A stretch of 37,940 nt of DNA, from contig DATAHG010000604.1 of the NCBI GenBank assembly GCA_036263295.1, positions 1 to 37,940 of the forward strand, written 5' to 3'. The notes under the pieces are model-generated. The model was not told the DNA's origin. It did not search any database and saw only the letters and a list, made by a program, of their open reading frames with translations. Positions 8,957-17,308 of the stretch are shown here, piece after piece. Within the stretch, counting starts at the first letter, position 1; each line of letters begins with the position of its first letter. The stretch comes from Thermoanaerobaculia bacterium. GTDB taxonomy: Bacteria; Acidobacteriota; Thermoanaerobaculia; Multivoradales; UBA5704. A program made the position numbers and the translations under genes.

Positions 8957-9912
8957 CAGGCCATGCCCCCCTGACGGTCCCGGTACCAGTCCGCGGTGCG
9001 CCGCAGCCCTTCGGCGAGGGGGACGCGCGGCTCGTACCCGAGGTCCCGCCGCGCCGCCTCGATGCTGCAGGTCATCTCCCAGATCTCGCTGTCGCGGTAG
9101 GGGACGGCTCCGAAGCGCAGGAGGCCGGGAGCCTCGCCGCCGACCGCCGCGGCGAGCCCCTCCAGCAAGTCGCGCAGGCGGACCACCTCGCCGCTGCCGA
9201 CGTTGTAGATCGCCCCGGTCTCGGGGAGGGGGCGGGTGGCGGCGAGCAGGAAGGCCTGGACGTGGTCGTCCACGTGGGCATAGTCGCGGAGCTGCTCGCC
9301 CGGGGTGACGGCGACCTCGCGGCCGGCCAGCAGGCTGGCGAGGACGTGGGGGACCACCCGGTCGGGGTTGTCGGCCGGCCCGTAGGGCCCGAATGGGCGG
9401 AGGGTCACCACCTCGCGCGCCTCCTGGCGCCCCAGGGTGGACAGCAGGACGACGGCGGCGTTCTTGGTGGCCGGGTAGAACCAGGTCGGGCGGCAGGCGA
9501 GATCCTCGCGGACCTGGCCGCGCGCCTGGCCGTACTCCCCGCAGGAGCCCGCCATCACCAGACGGCAGCGAACCCCGTCCAGCGCCCGCCAGAGGCCCAG
9601 GCTCCCCTCGACGTTGACGCGGAGCGCCTGCTCCCGGTCCTGCTGGCCGAAGGCCGTGCCATAGGCGGCGAGGTGGAAGACCACCTCGGGCGCGGCGGCC
9701 TCGACGGCGGCGCCCAGGGCGGCCGGGTCGGTGAGGTCGGCGAGGTGCCAGGCGACCCCTTCGGAAGGGAGACGGGTCCCCTGGTCCGGCCGCCGCCGCA
9801 GAGCGTGGACGCGGGCGCCGGCCGCGGTCAGGGCGCGGACCAGGTGGGTGCCGAGGAAGCCGGTCGCCCCGGTCACCAGGACGGAGCGCCCCGCCAGATC
9901 CATCTCAGCCAT
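8956..9912 (-). CDS. NAD(P)-dependent sugar epimerase/reductase (extended SDR), probable 4-keto reductase of the CDP-sugar branch
   Basis: VLVTGATGFLGTHLV Rossmann motif and YPATK (YxxxK) catalytic motif; 318 aa. An alternative ATG at 9903 would remove the 8-nt overlap with the upstream gene. Confidence 0.8.
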   Translation of the reverse strand: MAEMDLAGRSVLVTGATGFLGTHLVRALTAAGARVHALRRRPDQGTRLPSEGVAWHLADLTDPAALGAAVEAAAPEVVFHLAAYGTAFGQQDREQALRVNVEGSLGLWRALDGVRCRLVMAGSCGEYGQARGQVREDLACRPTWFYPATKNAAVVLLSTLGRQEAREVVTLRPFGPYGPADNPDRVVPHVLASLLAGREVAVTPGEQLRDYAHVDDHVQAFLLAATRPLPETGAIYNVGSGEVVRLRDLLEGLAAAVGGEAPGLLRFGAVPYRDSEIWEMTCSIEAARRDLGYEPRVPLAEGLRRTADWYRDRQGGMA

Positions 9913-10384
9913 GACGCAGGGCCCAGTCGTAGGCGACCGGGCCGTCGAACGGATCGGCGCGCGAGATCTCCCCCTCCTGGTGGGGGATGGTGGCGCAGTT
10001 GGCGACCAGGGCGGCCTGGTCGCCGACGCCCTTGAAGCCGTTCCAGACCAGTGGGGGCACGGTGACCAGGCAGTAGTTCTCCTCTCCCAGGAAGACCTGC
10101 TGCAGCCGTCCGCGGGTGGGCGAATCCGCGCGGTAGTCGTAGAGCACCAGCTTGATCGTCCCCACCGGCACGGCGTAATTGAGAGTCATGCGCTGGTGAA
10201 GGTGCCAGGCCTTGACCACGCCCGGATAGACCGAGCTGAAGTAGATCTCGCCGAAGCCCTGGAAGTGCGGGGCATCGGCGCGCAGCATGTGGAAGATCGT
10301 CCCCCGCTCGTCGGGAATGCGGCGCAGCGGCGTCACGATCACACCCTCGATCGGGCCGTGGGAGGCGGGCTGGGGTGGGCTCAT
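9905..10384 (-). CDS. RmlC-like cupin, NDP-4-keto-6-deoxyhexose 3,5- (or 3- / 5-) epimerase family
   Basis: Start ATG at 10384 (ATGA overlap with the rfbG stop). Motifs IPDERGTIFHM, GEIYFSSVYPGVVKAWHLH and TIKLVLYDYR match the short RmlC-like epimerase family. Confidence 0.75.
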   Translation of the reverse strand: MSPPQPASHGPIEGVIVTPLRRIPDERGTIFHMLRADAPHFQGFGEIYFSSVYPGVVKAWHLHQRMTLNYAVPVGTIKLVLYDYRADSPTRGRLQQVFLGEENYCLVTVPPLVWNGFKGVGDQAALVANCATIPHQEGEISRADPFDGPVAYDWALRHG

Positions 10385-11460
10385 CGCGTCTCCAGATAGC
10401 TGTGAATCTGGCGCCGGCACCAGGATGCCATGTCCTCGCCGCCGTAGAAGGCGCGGTACCAGTCCGCGGTGTGACGGATGGCTTCGGGGAACCCCCAGCG
10501 CGGTGCCCAGCCCAGGCCGGCCGCCGCCTTGTCGATCGCGAGCCGCAGCAGGCCGGCCTCATGGCCGCCGGGCGGGCCGCCGTCGGCCTCCCAGAAGCCC
10601 GCGCCCCAGGCCGCGATCAGGGTCTCGACCAGATCGGCCACGCTGCCGGAGCTGCTCGGATCGGGGCCGAAGTTCCAGGCCGAGCAGAGATCGGGCGCCT
10701 GGGCTTCGAGGAGACGGGCACCGAGCAACAGATAGCCGGACAGCGGCTCCAGGACGTGCTGCCAGGGGCGGACCGCCCGCGGGTTGCGCACCCTTACCGG
10801 CTCCCCGGCGGCGAGGGCGCGGACGGCATCCGGCACGATACGGTTCGCCGCCCAGTCGCCGCCGCCGATCACGTTGCCGGCCCGGGCGGTGGCGACGGGG
10901 ACGAAGGGGTTCTGGAAGAAGCTGCGGCGGAAGCTGTCGGTGATCAGCTCGGCGGCGGCCTTGCTGGCGCTATAGATATCGTGGCCGCCCAGCGCGTCGC
11001 TCTCGCGGTAGGGCCAGGGCCACTCGCGGTTCTCGTAGCACTTGTCGCTGGTCACCACGACCATTGCCCGGGGCGGCTGGCGGCGGGCGATCTCCAGGGC
11101 GTGGGCGGTGCCCAGCACGTTGGTCGAGAGGGTGCCCACCGGGTCGCGGTAGCTCTCCCGCACCAACGGTTGGGCGGCGAGGTGGAAGACCACCTCGGGA
11201 TCGGCGGCGCGCCAGACCGCCGCGAAACGGTCGAGGTCGCGGACATCCCCCTCGGCATGGCGGACCCGGTCGCCGATCCCGGCGGCGGTGAACAGGTTCG
11301 GCTCGGTCGGGGGAGGCAGGGCGTAGCCCGCGACCTCGGCCCCCAGATCGGCGAGCCAGGCCGCCAGCCATCCCCCCTTGAAACCGGTATGGCCGGTGAC
11401 CAGCACCCGCCGGCCGCGGTAGGCCCGCTCCAGCTCCGATTGCAGCGTGGGAAGGCTCAA
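10381..11460 (-). CDS. rfbG: CDP-glucose 4,6-dehydratase
   Basis: VLVTGHTGFKGGWLAAWL N-terminus, ASKAAAE (YxxxK region) and WNFGP. The 359-aa length is typical. I infer a TTG start at 11460 from the TTGA overlap with the rfbF stop. The ORF-track extension to 12357 overlaps rfbF out of frame. Confidence 0.88.
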   Translation of the reverse strand: MSLPTLQSELERAYRGRRVLVTGHTGFKGGWLAAWLADLGAEVAGYALPPPTEPNLFTAAGIGDRVRHAEGDVRDLDRFAAVWRAADPEVVFHLAAQPLVRESYRDPVGTLSTNVLGTAHALEIARRQPPRAMVVVTSDKCYENREWPWPYRESDALGGHDIYSASKAAAELITDSFRRSFFQNPFVPVATARAGNVIGGGDWAANRIVPDAVRALAAGEPVRVRNPRAVRPWQHVLEPLSGYLLLGARLLEAQAPDLCSAWNFGPDPSSSGSVADLVETLIAAWGAGFWEADGGPPGGHEAGLLRLAIDKAAAGLGWAPRWGFPEAIRHTADWYRAFYGGEDMASWCRRQIHSYLETR

Positions 11461-12257
11461 GCGCGCCCGCGCTCCCAGACGGCCCAGGGCGGCTGGCCGG
11501 CGGCGGCGAGGTCGGCGAGCTGCCGGTAGTCGCGCGGCGTGTCCATGGCGAACCAGAACCCCTCGTGGCGGTAGGCGACCAGCTCTCCGGCGCGGGCCAA
11601 CTCGCGCAGCGGCTCCTCCTCCAGCACCAGGCGGGGGTCGTCCGACAGCCGGTCGAGGAAGGTGCGCTGGAAGACGAAGAAGCCGCCGCTGATCCAGCCG
11701 GCCGAGGCCTGCGGCTTCTCGTTGAACTCCCGCACGTGTCCGCCGTTCTCGATCGCCAGCTCGCCGAAACGGCCGGGAGGATGGACCGCGGTCACCGTGG
11801 CCAGCTTGCCGTGCGCGCGGTGGAACTCGACCACCTTGCGGAAATCGACGTCGCAGACCCCGTCGCCGTAGGTCAGGGCGAAGCAGTCGTCCTCCGGCGG
11901 CACATAGGCGGAGGCGCGTTTGACCCGGTGGCCGGTCAGGCTGTCGAGGCCGGTCTCGGCCAGGGTGATGCGCCAGTCCACCTCGTCGGCGCAGCCGTGG
12001 GCGACCGGCGCGCACCCGGCCGACAGGTCGAGGGTGACGTCCCCGACCATCAGGGGGAGGCTCAGGAAGTACTGTTTGATCAGGTCGGAGCGGTAGCCCA
12101 GGCAGAGCACGAACTCGCGGAGCCCCCAGTGGGAGAACCCCTTCATGATGTGCCAGAGGATCGGCTTGCCGTCGATCGGCACCATGGGCTTCGGGAGCTC
12201 GACTCCGAGGTTGCCCAGGCGGCTGCCGTAGCCGCCGCAGAGGATGAGGACCTTCAT
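11457..12257 (-). CDS. rfbF: glucose-1-phosphate cytidylyltransferase
   Basis: MKVLILCGGYGSRLG...LPKPMVPIDGKPILWHIMKGFSHWGLREFVLCLGYRSDLIKQYF is near-canonical RfbF/DdhA. ATG at 12257 forms an ATGA overlap with the upstream GT stop. Confidence 0.92.
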   Translation of the reverse strand: MKVLILCGGYGSRLGNLGVELPKPMVPIDGKPILWHIMKGFSHWGLREFVLCLGYRSDLIKQYFLSLPLMVGDVTLDLSAGCAPVAHGCADEVDWRITLAETGLDSLTGHRVKRASAYVPPEDDCFALTYGDGVCDVDFRKVVEFHRAHGKLATVTAVHPPGRFGELAIENGGHVREFNEKPQASAGWISGGFFVFQRTFLDRLSDDPRLVLEEEPLRELARAGELVAYRHEGFWFAMDTPRDYRQLADLAAAGQPPWAVWERGRA

Positions 12258-13480
12258 CGCAATCCTTGCAGACGTTTGAGCCGGAGCCAGCGGCGCGGCG
12301 TGCGGATGGCGCGCACCAGCGGATTTGGAAGCCAGGGCTGGTCCAGGCGGCTGCCATAGTGTAGCGCGACCCTCGCCGGACGCGGCCGGGGGCTCTTCGA
12401 ATGACTTTCGAAAAGACGGGCGAAGAGGGCCTGGTAGTCGGCGGTGCGGGCGCGCACCTCGTAGCGCTCGGCCACCCGGCGCCGGGCGGCGGCGCTCACC
12501 TCTTCCAGCCGCGCGGTGTCGGCGGCCAGGGCGGCGATGGCGTCGGCGAAAGCGGCGCAGTCCCCCACCGGCGGCAGGAACCCGGTGACCCCCGCCTCGA
12601 CCGCCTCGGGCACCCCGCTCAGGATGTCGCTCACCACCGGCACCAGCCCCGCCGCCATGGCCTCGAGCAGGGCGACCGGGAACCCCTCGGCCCGGGTGGG
12701 GAGGACGAAGACGTCGTGGCGCGGCAGCTCTTCGAGCACCTCGGCGTTGGTCTTCGGCCCCAGCCAGCGCACCGCCGACGGGCCGGTCCAGCGCCGCCGC
12801 AGCTCGGCGCCGTCCGGGCCGTCCCCCATCACCGTCCACTCCACGGCCACCCCCCGCGCGGCGAGCAGGCGGTCGATCTCCGGCAGGTCGAAGACCCCCT
12901 TCTGCCCCTGCTCCAGGCGGCCGGAGTAGATCAGCCGCAGCGGGGCGGAGCCGTCCGGCCGGGGGGAGCGTCCCCGTTCCGGGATCGGAATCCCATAGGG
13001 CAGGTGGAAGACAGACCCGGCGCGTCGGGGGAGGCGCCGCAGCAGGTTGTCGTACATCGCCCGGCTGTAGCAGACGAAGGCGTCGATCACCGCTTCGTGC
13101 TTTTCCGCCAGGTCATAGTAGTAGTCGTGGTCGCCGTGGAGGACCTGCACCACGGCCTTTCCGGGGTCGTACCGGCAGACCATTGCGAGCTCGATCCAAT
13201 CATGACTTACGACAATTCCGGGTCCGGGCGCCACGGTCTTGGCCAGACGGCGCACTACTGAGTAGAGGTTTTCGTTCGGCAGACCATGCTCGAACGCGAT
13301 TTGACGGTCGGCGGCGAGCCGGTCACCGAAGCGCGTGTCGCCGGCGAACGGGTTGTGGACGAGAACCGCGCAGTGCTCGAAGCCGTCCGGATGCCGGTAG
13401 GCGAGAAGGTTGGCCACGATGTTGAGGAGGCCTCCCATCTTGTCCGGCAGGATGTGGACGATCTTCGGGGAGGGCGTCAT
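12254..13480 (-). CDS. glycosyltransferase, GT4 family
   Basis: 408 aa. C-terminal VFVLPTRAEGFPVALLEAMAAGLVPVVSD (E-x7-E). ATG at 13480 follows a 227-nt gap. Confidence 0.85.
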   Translation of the reverse strand: MTPSPKIVHILPDKMGGLLNIVANLLAYRHPDGFEHCAVLVHNPFAGDTRFGDRLAADRQIAFEHGLPNENLYSVVRRLAKTVAPGPGIVVSHDWIELAMVCRYDPGKAVVQVLHGDHDYYYDLAEKHEAVIDAFVCYSRAMYDNLLRRLPRRAGSVFHLPYGIPIPERGRSPRPDGSAPLRLIYSGRLEQGQKGVFDLPEIDRLLAARGVAVEWTVMGDGPDGAELRRRWTGPSAVRWLGPKTNAEVLEELPRHDVFVLPTRAEGFPVALLEAMAAGLVPVVSDILSGVPEAVEAGVTGFLPPVGDCAAFADAIAALAADTARLEEVSAAARRRVAERYEVRARTADYQALFARLFESHSKSPRPRPARVALHYGSRLDQPWLPNPLVRAIRTPRRWLRLKRLQGLR

Positions 13481-13508
13481 TCATTCATCTCTTGAGGAGG
13501 AATATCTC

Positions 13509-13655
13509 TTGGCCAGAGTGGTGCTGTTTCTCGACGACGAAACCGAATCGAAGATGCGGGCCGCCGCCAAGGCGGCCGGAGTTTCCGAAAGCCAGTGGGT
13601 CGCCGAGGCGATCCGCAAGACCGCCGGCTCTTCCCGCCAGGCCGCCAGCCGATAG
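13509..13655 (+). CDS. small ribbon-helix-helix (CopG/Arc-like) protein, 48 aa, no partner gene
   Basis: GAGGAGG (13494-13500) lies 8 nt before TTG 13509. The product (M)ARVVLFLDDETESKMRAAAKAAGVSESQWVAEAIRKTAG... fits the RHH pattern: beta strand, helix, G-x-S, helix. It is the only plus-strand coding candidate inside the minus-strand locus. Third codon positions coincide with the antisense ORF, so GC3 cannot settle the strand. Confidence 0.55.
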   Translation: MARVVLFLDDETESKMRAAAKAAGVSESQWVAEAIRKTAGSSRQAASR

Positions 13656-13707
13656 CCTTTCCACCTGCCCATCCCGGAGGGCGTCCGTCGAGGGGGAGCC
13701 GTGTCCG

Positions 13708-14583
13708 TCACGCTCCCCCTCTCCAGGCCCGCACCAGGACCACCCAGGAGAGGGCGCGGCCCGGGAAGGGGGTATCGGGAGCGGCGACGGGCGGGCGCCA
13801 GGGGAGCGGGTGGAGCTCGTCCAGGGCGCAGGTGAAGCCGGCCTCGGCCAGTAGCGCGAGGATTTCCGGCGTGCGTCGCCGTGCCGGATCGAATTCGTGG
13901 ACCTCGGCGATCAGGGCCCGGACCTCCCGGAGCGCGCCGGCGCAGTCCGCCAGGACCGCCGCCTCGGCCCCCTCGATGTCGAGCTTGAGCAGATCGACCG
14001 GCTCGCGTTCCAGGACGTCGCGCAGACGGACCGCGGGCACGCTGCGGATCGGCCCGGGCAGATCCGGATCCAGGCCGGCGGCGGGATCCACCACCGCGCC
14101 GGAGTCGGACCCCTCGCAGCGGAAGTCGAGGCTCCCCGCCCGGGTCCAGACCGCGGCCTGCACCGCCTCGACGTCGGCCGCGCCGTTGGCCGCCAGGTTG
14201 TCCCGCAGCAGGGCATGGATTGCCGGGTCGGCCTCGTAGGCCGTGATCCGGGCCCGCGGATAGAGCCGCTTGAAGTAGAGGGAGGCCAGGCCGACGTTGG
14301 CGCCGGCGTCGAGGATGCGCGGCGCCGGGCCGGCGGCCTGGAAGCGGTAGGCGCCGGCCACGAACAGGTCGTGCCACTGCGGACAGAGGGTGAGGAGGTC
14401 GGCGTAGCGCAGGCGATAGCCCATCAGCTCGATCGTGCCGGGGGTGTGGCGCGGCGTCCGCTCCGCCTCCCGGCTGGAGTGCCGCCAGGCGGCCACCTCG
14501 GGCGCCGGGAACAGGCGGCGCTTCGTCCGGCCGGCAAGGCGGCGGGCGGAGCGGTAGAACGGCGGCACCGGAAAGGGGCTCAA
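13708..14583 (-). CDS. FkbM-family SAM-dependent methyltransferase
   Basis: ILDAGANVGLASLYF, ITAYEADP and LLKLDIEGAE motifs. The first ATG is at 14424. However, codons 14425-14583 have almost uniformly G/C third positions, and a TTG at 14583 forms a TTGA overlap with the upstream stop, so I favour the longer form (291 aa). Confidence 0.8.
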   Translation of the reverse strand: MSPFPVPPFYRSARRLAGRTKRRLFPAPEVAAWRHSSREAERTPRHTPGTIELMGYRLRYADLLTLCPQWHDLFVAGAYRFQAAGPAPRILDAGANVGLASLYFKRLYPRARITAYEADPAIHALLRDNLAANGAADVEAVQAAVWTRAGSLDFRCEGSDSGAVVDPAAGLDPDLPGPIRSVPAVRLRDVLEREPVDLLKLDIEGAEAAVLADCAGALREVRALIAEVHEFDPARRRTPEILALLAEAGFTCALDELHPLPWRPPVAAPDTPFPGRALSWVVLVRAWRGGA

Positions 14584-16022
14584 GCGGCGGGCTCGCCTTC
14601 GGCGGCGGCGACCGCCCGGCGCATCGCGCGCCGCGCGTTGACCTCTTCGGGATGGTTCAGGGTGACCTCGGGGGCGCCGTGCAGCCAGCGCTCGACCACC
14701 TCGACCCCCTGGGCGAAGCTGTGGTCCTGGTTGGAGACCTCGTACCTCCAGGCGCCGAAGCGGCCGCGGCTGAACACGTTGCGCTCTTTGAGGGCGGGGA
14801 GGACCGCCACCAGGGCGCGCTCGCGCCGGAGTGACGGAGTGGGGTAGCCGTGCTCCAGGCGGCGGTGCCAGACGTGGTGGACCGCTTCCCGGCTCGGGAT
14901 CAGGCCGGTCGCGAGCATCCCCTCGACGGTCTCCTCGATCACCGCTCCGGAATCCACCGGCTTCGCGGGGGACTCCGCGACCTCGGCCATCAGCGACCAC
15001 TGCCGCTCCGGATCGGGGACGTTCCACGGCGAGTAGTGGGAGAAGGCGGTCACCCGGTAGAACGGGCAGTCCCCTTCGGGGAAGTACATCCAGCTCTTGC
15101 CGGCCAGGTTCTCGCCCGGCTGGCCGGTGAGGCCGACCCCCAGCACGTGGGTGGAGGAGTAGCGCAGGTCGCCGAGGGCCGGGCCGAGCTCCGCGGCGAG
15201 GTCGCTCAGCCCGACCAGCTCGTCAAGGGGGAGGGTCGAGAGCAGGCGGCGGTAGCGCACCATCGCACCGTCGGCGAACCAGGCCTCGCGGCGGGCGGTG
15301 TCGAGCCGGACCAGCCTCTTGCCGAAACGCAGAGCCTCCGGATGGGCCTCGCCGAGGCGGCGGGCGAGCTCGCGCCAGATGGCGCCGGTGCCGCCCTGCT
15401 TCGGGAAACGAAAACGGTTGTTCGGGCCCCAGGAGATGTCGTCCCGGCCGCGCAGCATGTTCTCGACGGCGCGCTCGACGTCGGCGATCGCCACGCGGTC
15501 GCCGATCCAGTGCCAGCCCATCTCCTCCGGCGGGTAGGCCCAGACCTTGAAATTGTAGGGGCGCAGGAAGACGCGGGCGATTCCCTCGCCGAAGGTGGCG
15601 TCGATCCACTCGCCAAAGTTCTCCGGCGGAGTGGCCGGGGGCTGCAGGCGCAGCAGCCCCCGCACGCACTCCCACTGGGCCTCCACCGGCAGGTAGCGCA
15701 GGTTGAGCTGGAAGGGGTAGGGGACGAACCGGCCGCAGACCCATACCCAGGAGCTGCGCTCGTGGAAGAGCCACCCCTCGGGTCCGAGCAACTCGTCCAT
15801 CAGGTCCTCGAAATACTGGTAATGGCTGAACTGGACGTGACCGCCGAGGTCCCAGGTGAAGCCGTGCTCGTCGGTGACCGAGGAGGCGAGACCGCCGGCC
15901 GTCGCCTCGGCCTCGCAGAGCAGCCAGTCGGAGCGTCCTTCGCGGGACAGGCGCCAGGCCGCTCCCAGGCCGGTCGGTCCGGCCCCCACGATCAGGATCT
16001 CGCGATCCTCCCTGTCAGGCAT
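14580..16022 (-). CDS. FAD-dependent UDP-galactopyranose mutase homolog, long (eukaryote-like) type
   Basis: 480 aa. Motifs: ILIVGAGPTGLGAAWRL, GGLASS, DLGGHVQFSHYQYFEDL, VPYPFQLNLRYLP, RPYNFKVWAYP, WGPNNRFRFPKQGGTGAIW, YSSTHVLGVG, MYFPEGDCPFYRVTAFSHYSP, HGYPTPSL, RGRFGAWRYEVSNQDHS. These align block for block with fungal/kinetoplastid UGM as I recall it, and much less well with the ~370-400 aa bacterial Glf. Confidence 0.75.
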   Translation of the reverse strand: MPDREDREILIVGAGPTGLGAAWRLSREGRSDWLLCEAEATAGGLASSVTDEHGFTWDLGGHVQFSHYQYFEDLMDELLGPEGWLFHERSSWVWVCGRFVPYPFQLNLRYLPVEAQWECVRGLLRLQPPATPPENFGEWIDATFGEGIARVFLRPYNFKVWAYPPEEMGWHWIGDRVAIADVERAVENMLRGRDDISWGPNNRFRFPKQGGTGAIWRELARRLGEAHPEALRFGKRLVRLDTARREAWFADGAMVRYRRLLSTLPLDELVGLSDLAAELGPALGDLRYSSTHVLGVGLTGQPGENLAGKSWMYFPEGDCPFYRVTAFSHYSPWNVPDPERQWSLMAEVAESPAKPVDSGAVIEETVEGMLATGLIPSREAVHHVWHRRLEHGYPTPSLRRERALVAVLPALKERNVFSRGRFGAWRYEVSNQDHSFAQGVEVVERWLHGAPEVTLNHPEEVNARRAMRRAVAAAEGEPAA

Positions 16023-17301
16023 GACTCTCCTCCCGTGTCTCCGCGGCGCGGTCGTACAGATCCAGGTGGCGGTCCCACAGGCGCGCCGGGGTGAGGTGCG
16101 CCTCGTAGCAGGCGCGGGATGCCCGGCCCAGGGCGTCGCGCTCCCGTGCGGTGAGGCCGAGAAGGGAGGCGAGCCCCGCGGCGATCGATCCCGGCGACAG
16201 GTCGGGGACCATGCCGCAGCCGGCTCCGAGGTCGCGGAAGGTGCGGTTCCCCCCCGTCGAGTGGAGGAGCAGCGGCAGGCCGGCCTCCGCCGCTTCGATG
16301 GTGGACAGGTCGAAGAGGCTGAAGCGGTTGACGTTGACCACGAAATCGACGGCGCGCAGCAGGCCGCCGACGTCGGTCACCCGCCCCAGGGGGCGCAGGC
16401 GCGGATGGGAAGGCAGCGACTCCGGCGCCGGCCCTGCCACCGCCAGGACGCCCGGGAGATCTTCTTCGGACGGCAGCAGCGGGAGAGCGGCGAGCAGGGT
16501 ATCGAGGCCACGGTAGGGCTGGGAGTTGCCGAGGAACAACCCGATCGGCCGGTCGGCGGGGAGCCCCCAGGAGGCCCGCAGGGCCGCCCGCGTAGCGGCC
16601 GGATCGGCCGGCGCCGGGCCGGCGGCACCGGTGAGCAGCCAATCGGCGCGGCCGAGCGGGGCGGCGAAGCGGGAGTCGCAACGCACCAGCTCCTCGCCCG
16701 CCTCCCGGCAGGGAAGGATCAGGCGGTCCACCCTTTCCCAGACCGCCAGCTCGCGCTCGACCCAGGCAACGACGTCGGGCAAGGCGAGGATCTCCTCCCA
16801 GGGCATCTCCGGCACCGCCCAGCTCCATACCAGATAGAGCGCGATCGGAAAGGGGGCGTGGCCCAACAGCCAGACCTCCGGATCGATCTCCTCGGAACGG
16901 CGGCGCTCCAGGAGGTGCTCGGCCGCGAACACGTCGTGGGTGAAGAGAACGCCACTCCCCTGCCGAGCCAGCTCCAGGCTGGCAGCCGACTCCGCCACTA
17001 CCTGAGCGGCGGTCTCCTCCATCATGCGGTGGATCCGCCCGCCCTTCTCCCGCAGCTCCGCCTGCGGCGGCCGGTAGCGCCGCGGCGGCCCGAGCAGCCG
17101 GCGCTTGACCTTCCGGGCCGCCTCCCGCCAGGGGGAGGGGACGGCTGCCGTCTTCTGCGGGGTCTTGGGAGGAGCCGGGGGCGGGAAGAGCACCTCGTGC
17201 CCCCGCGCGTCCCGCCCCGCGGCGGCGTGGCTCAGCTCGTGGAGGTAGCCGGCGGGCCCGCCCAGTCGGGCGAGCGGCGGTCCGATATGGACGACTCTCA
17301 T
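16015..17301 (-). CDS. glycosyltransferase, GT-B fold (GT4-like)
   Basis: Start ATG at 17301 (MRVVHIGPPLARLGGPAGYLHEL), 7 nt after the upstream stop. C-terminal half has GLFLGNSQPYRGLDTLL and FSLFDLSTIEAAEAGLPLLL. It is more divergent than the other GTs. Confidence 0.7.
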   Translation of the reverse strand: MRVVHIGPPLARLGGPAGYLHELSHAAAGRDARGHEVLFPPPAPPKTPQKTAAVPSPWREAARKVKRRLLGPPRRYRPPQAELREKGGRIHRMMEETAAQVVAESAASLELARQGSGVLFTHDVFAAEHLLERRRSEEIDPEVWLLGHAPFPIALYLVWSWAVPEMPWEEILALPDVVAWVERELAVWERVDRLILPCREAGEELVRCDSRFAAPLGRADWLLTGAAGPAPADPAATRAALRASWGLPADRPIGLFLGNSQPYRGLDTLLAALPLLPSEEDLPGVLAVAGPAPESLPSHPRLRPLGRVTDVGGLLRAVDFVVNVNRFSLFDLSTIEAAEAGLPLLLHSTGGNRTFRDLGAGCGMVPDLSPGSIAAGLASLLGLTARERDALGRASRACYEAHLTPARLWDRHLDLYDRAAETREESHA

Positions 17302-17308
17302 CGGCAAT

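Noticed and set aside
13481-13672. Minus-strand 63-codon ORF (MGRWKGYRLAAW...SSSRDE) ending TGA directly before the ATG of the 12254-13480 GT
   Set aside because: It is the exact antisense shadow of the RHH ORF, with third codon positions coinciding. It has no recognisable fold or SD, whereas the plus-strand product reads as a textbook RHH with a GAGGAGG SD. It remains a formal alternative.
13509-13707. Toxin-antitoxin module around the RHH gene
   Set aside because: There is no room for a toxin ORF on either side. Only 52 nt lie downstream before the FkbM gene stop, and the GT start lies immediately upstream.
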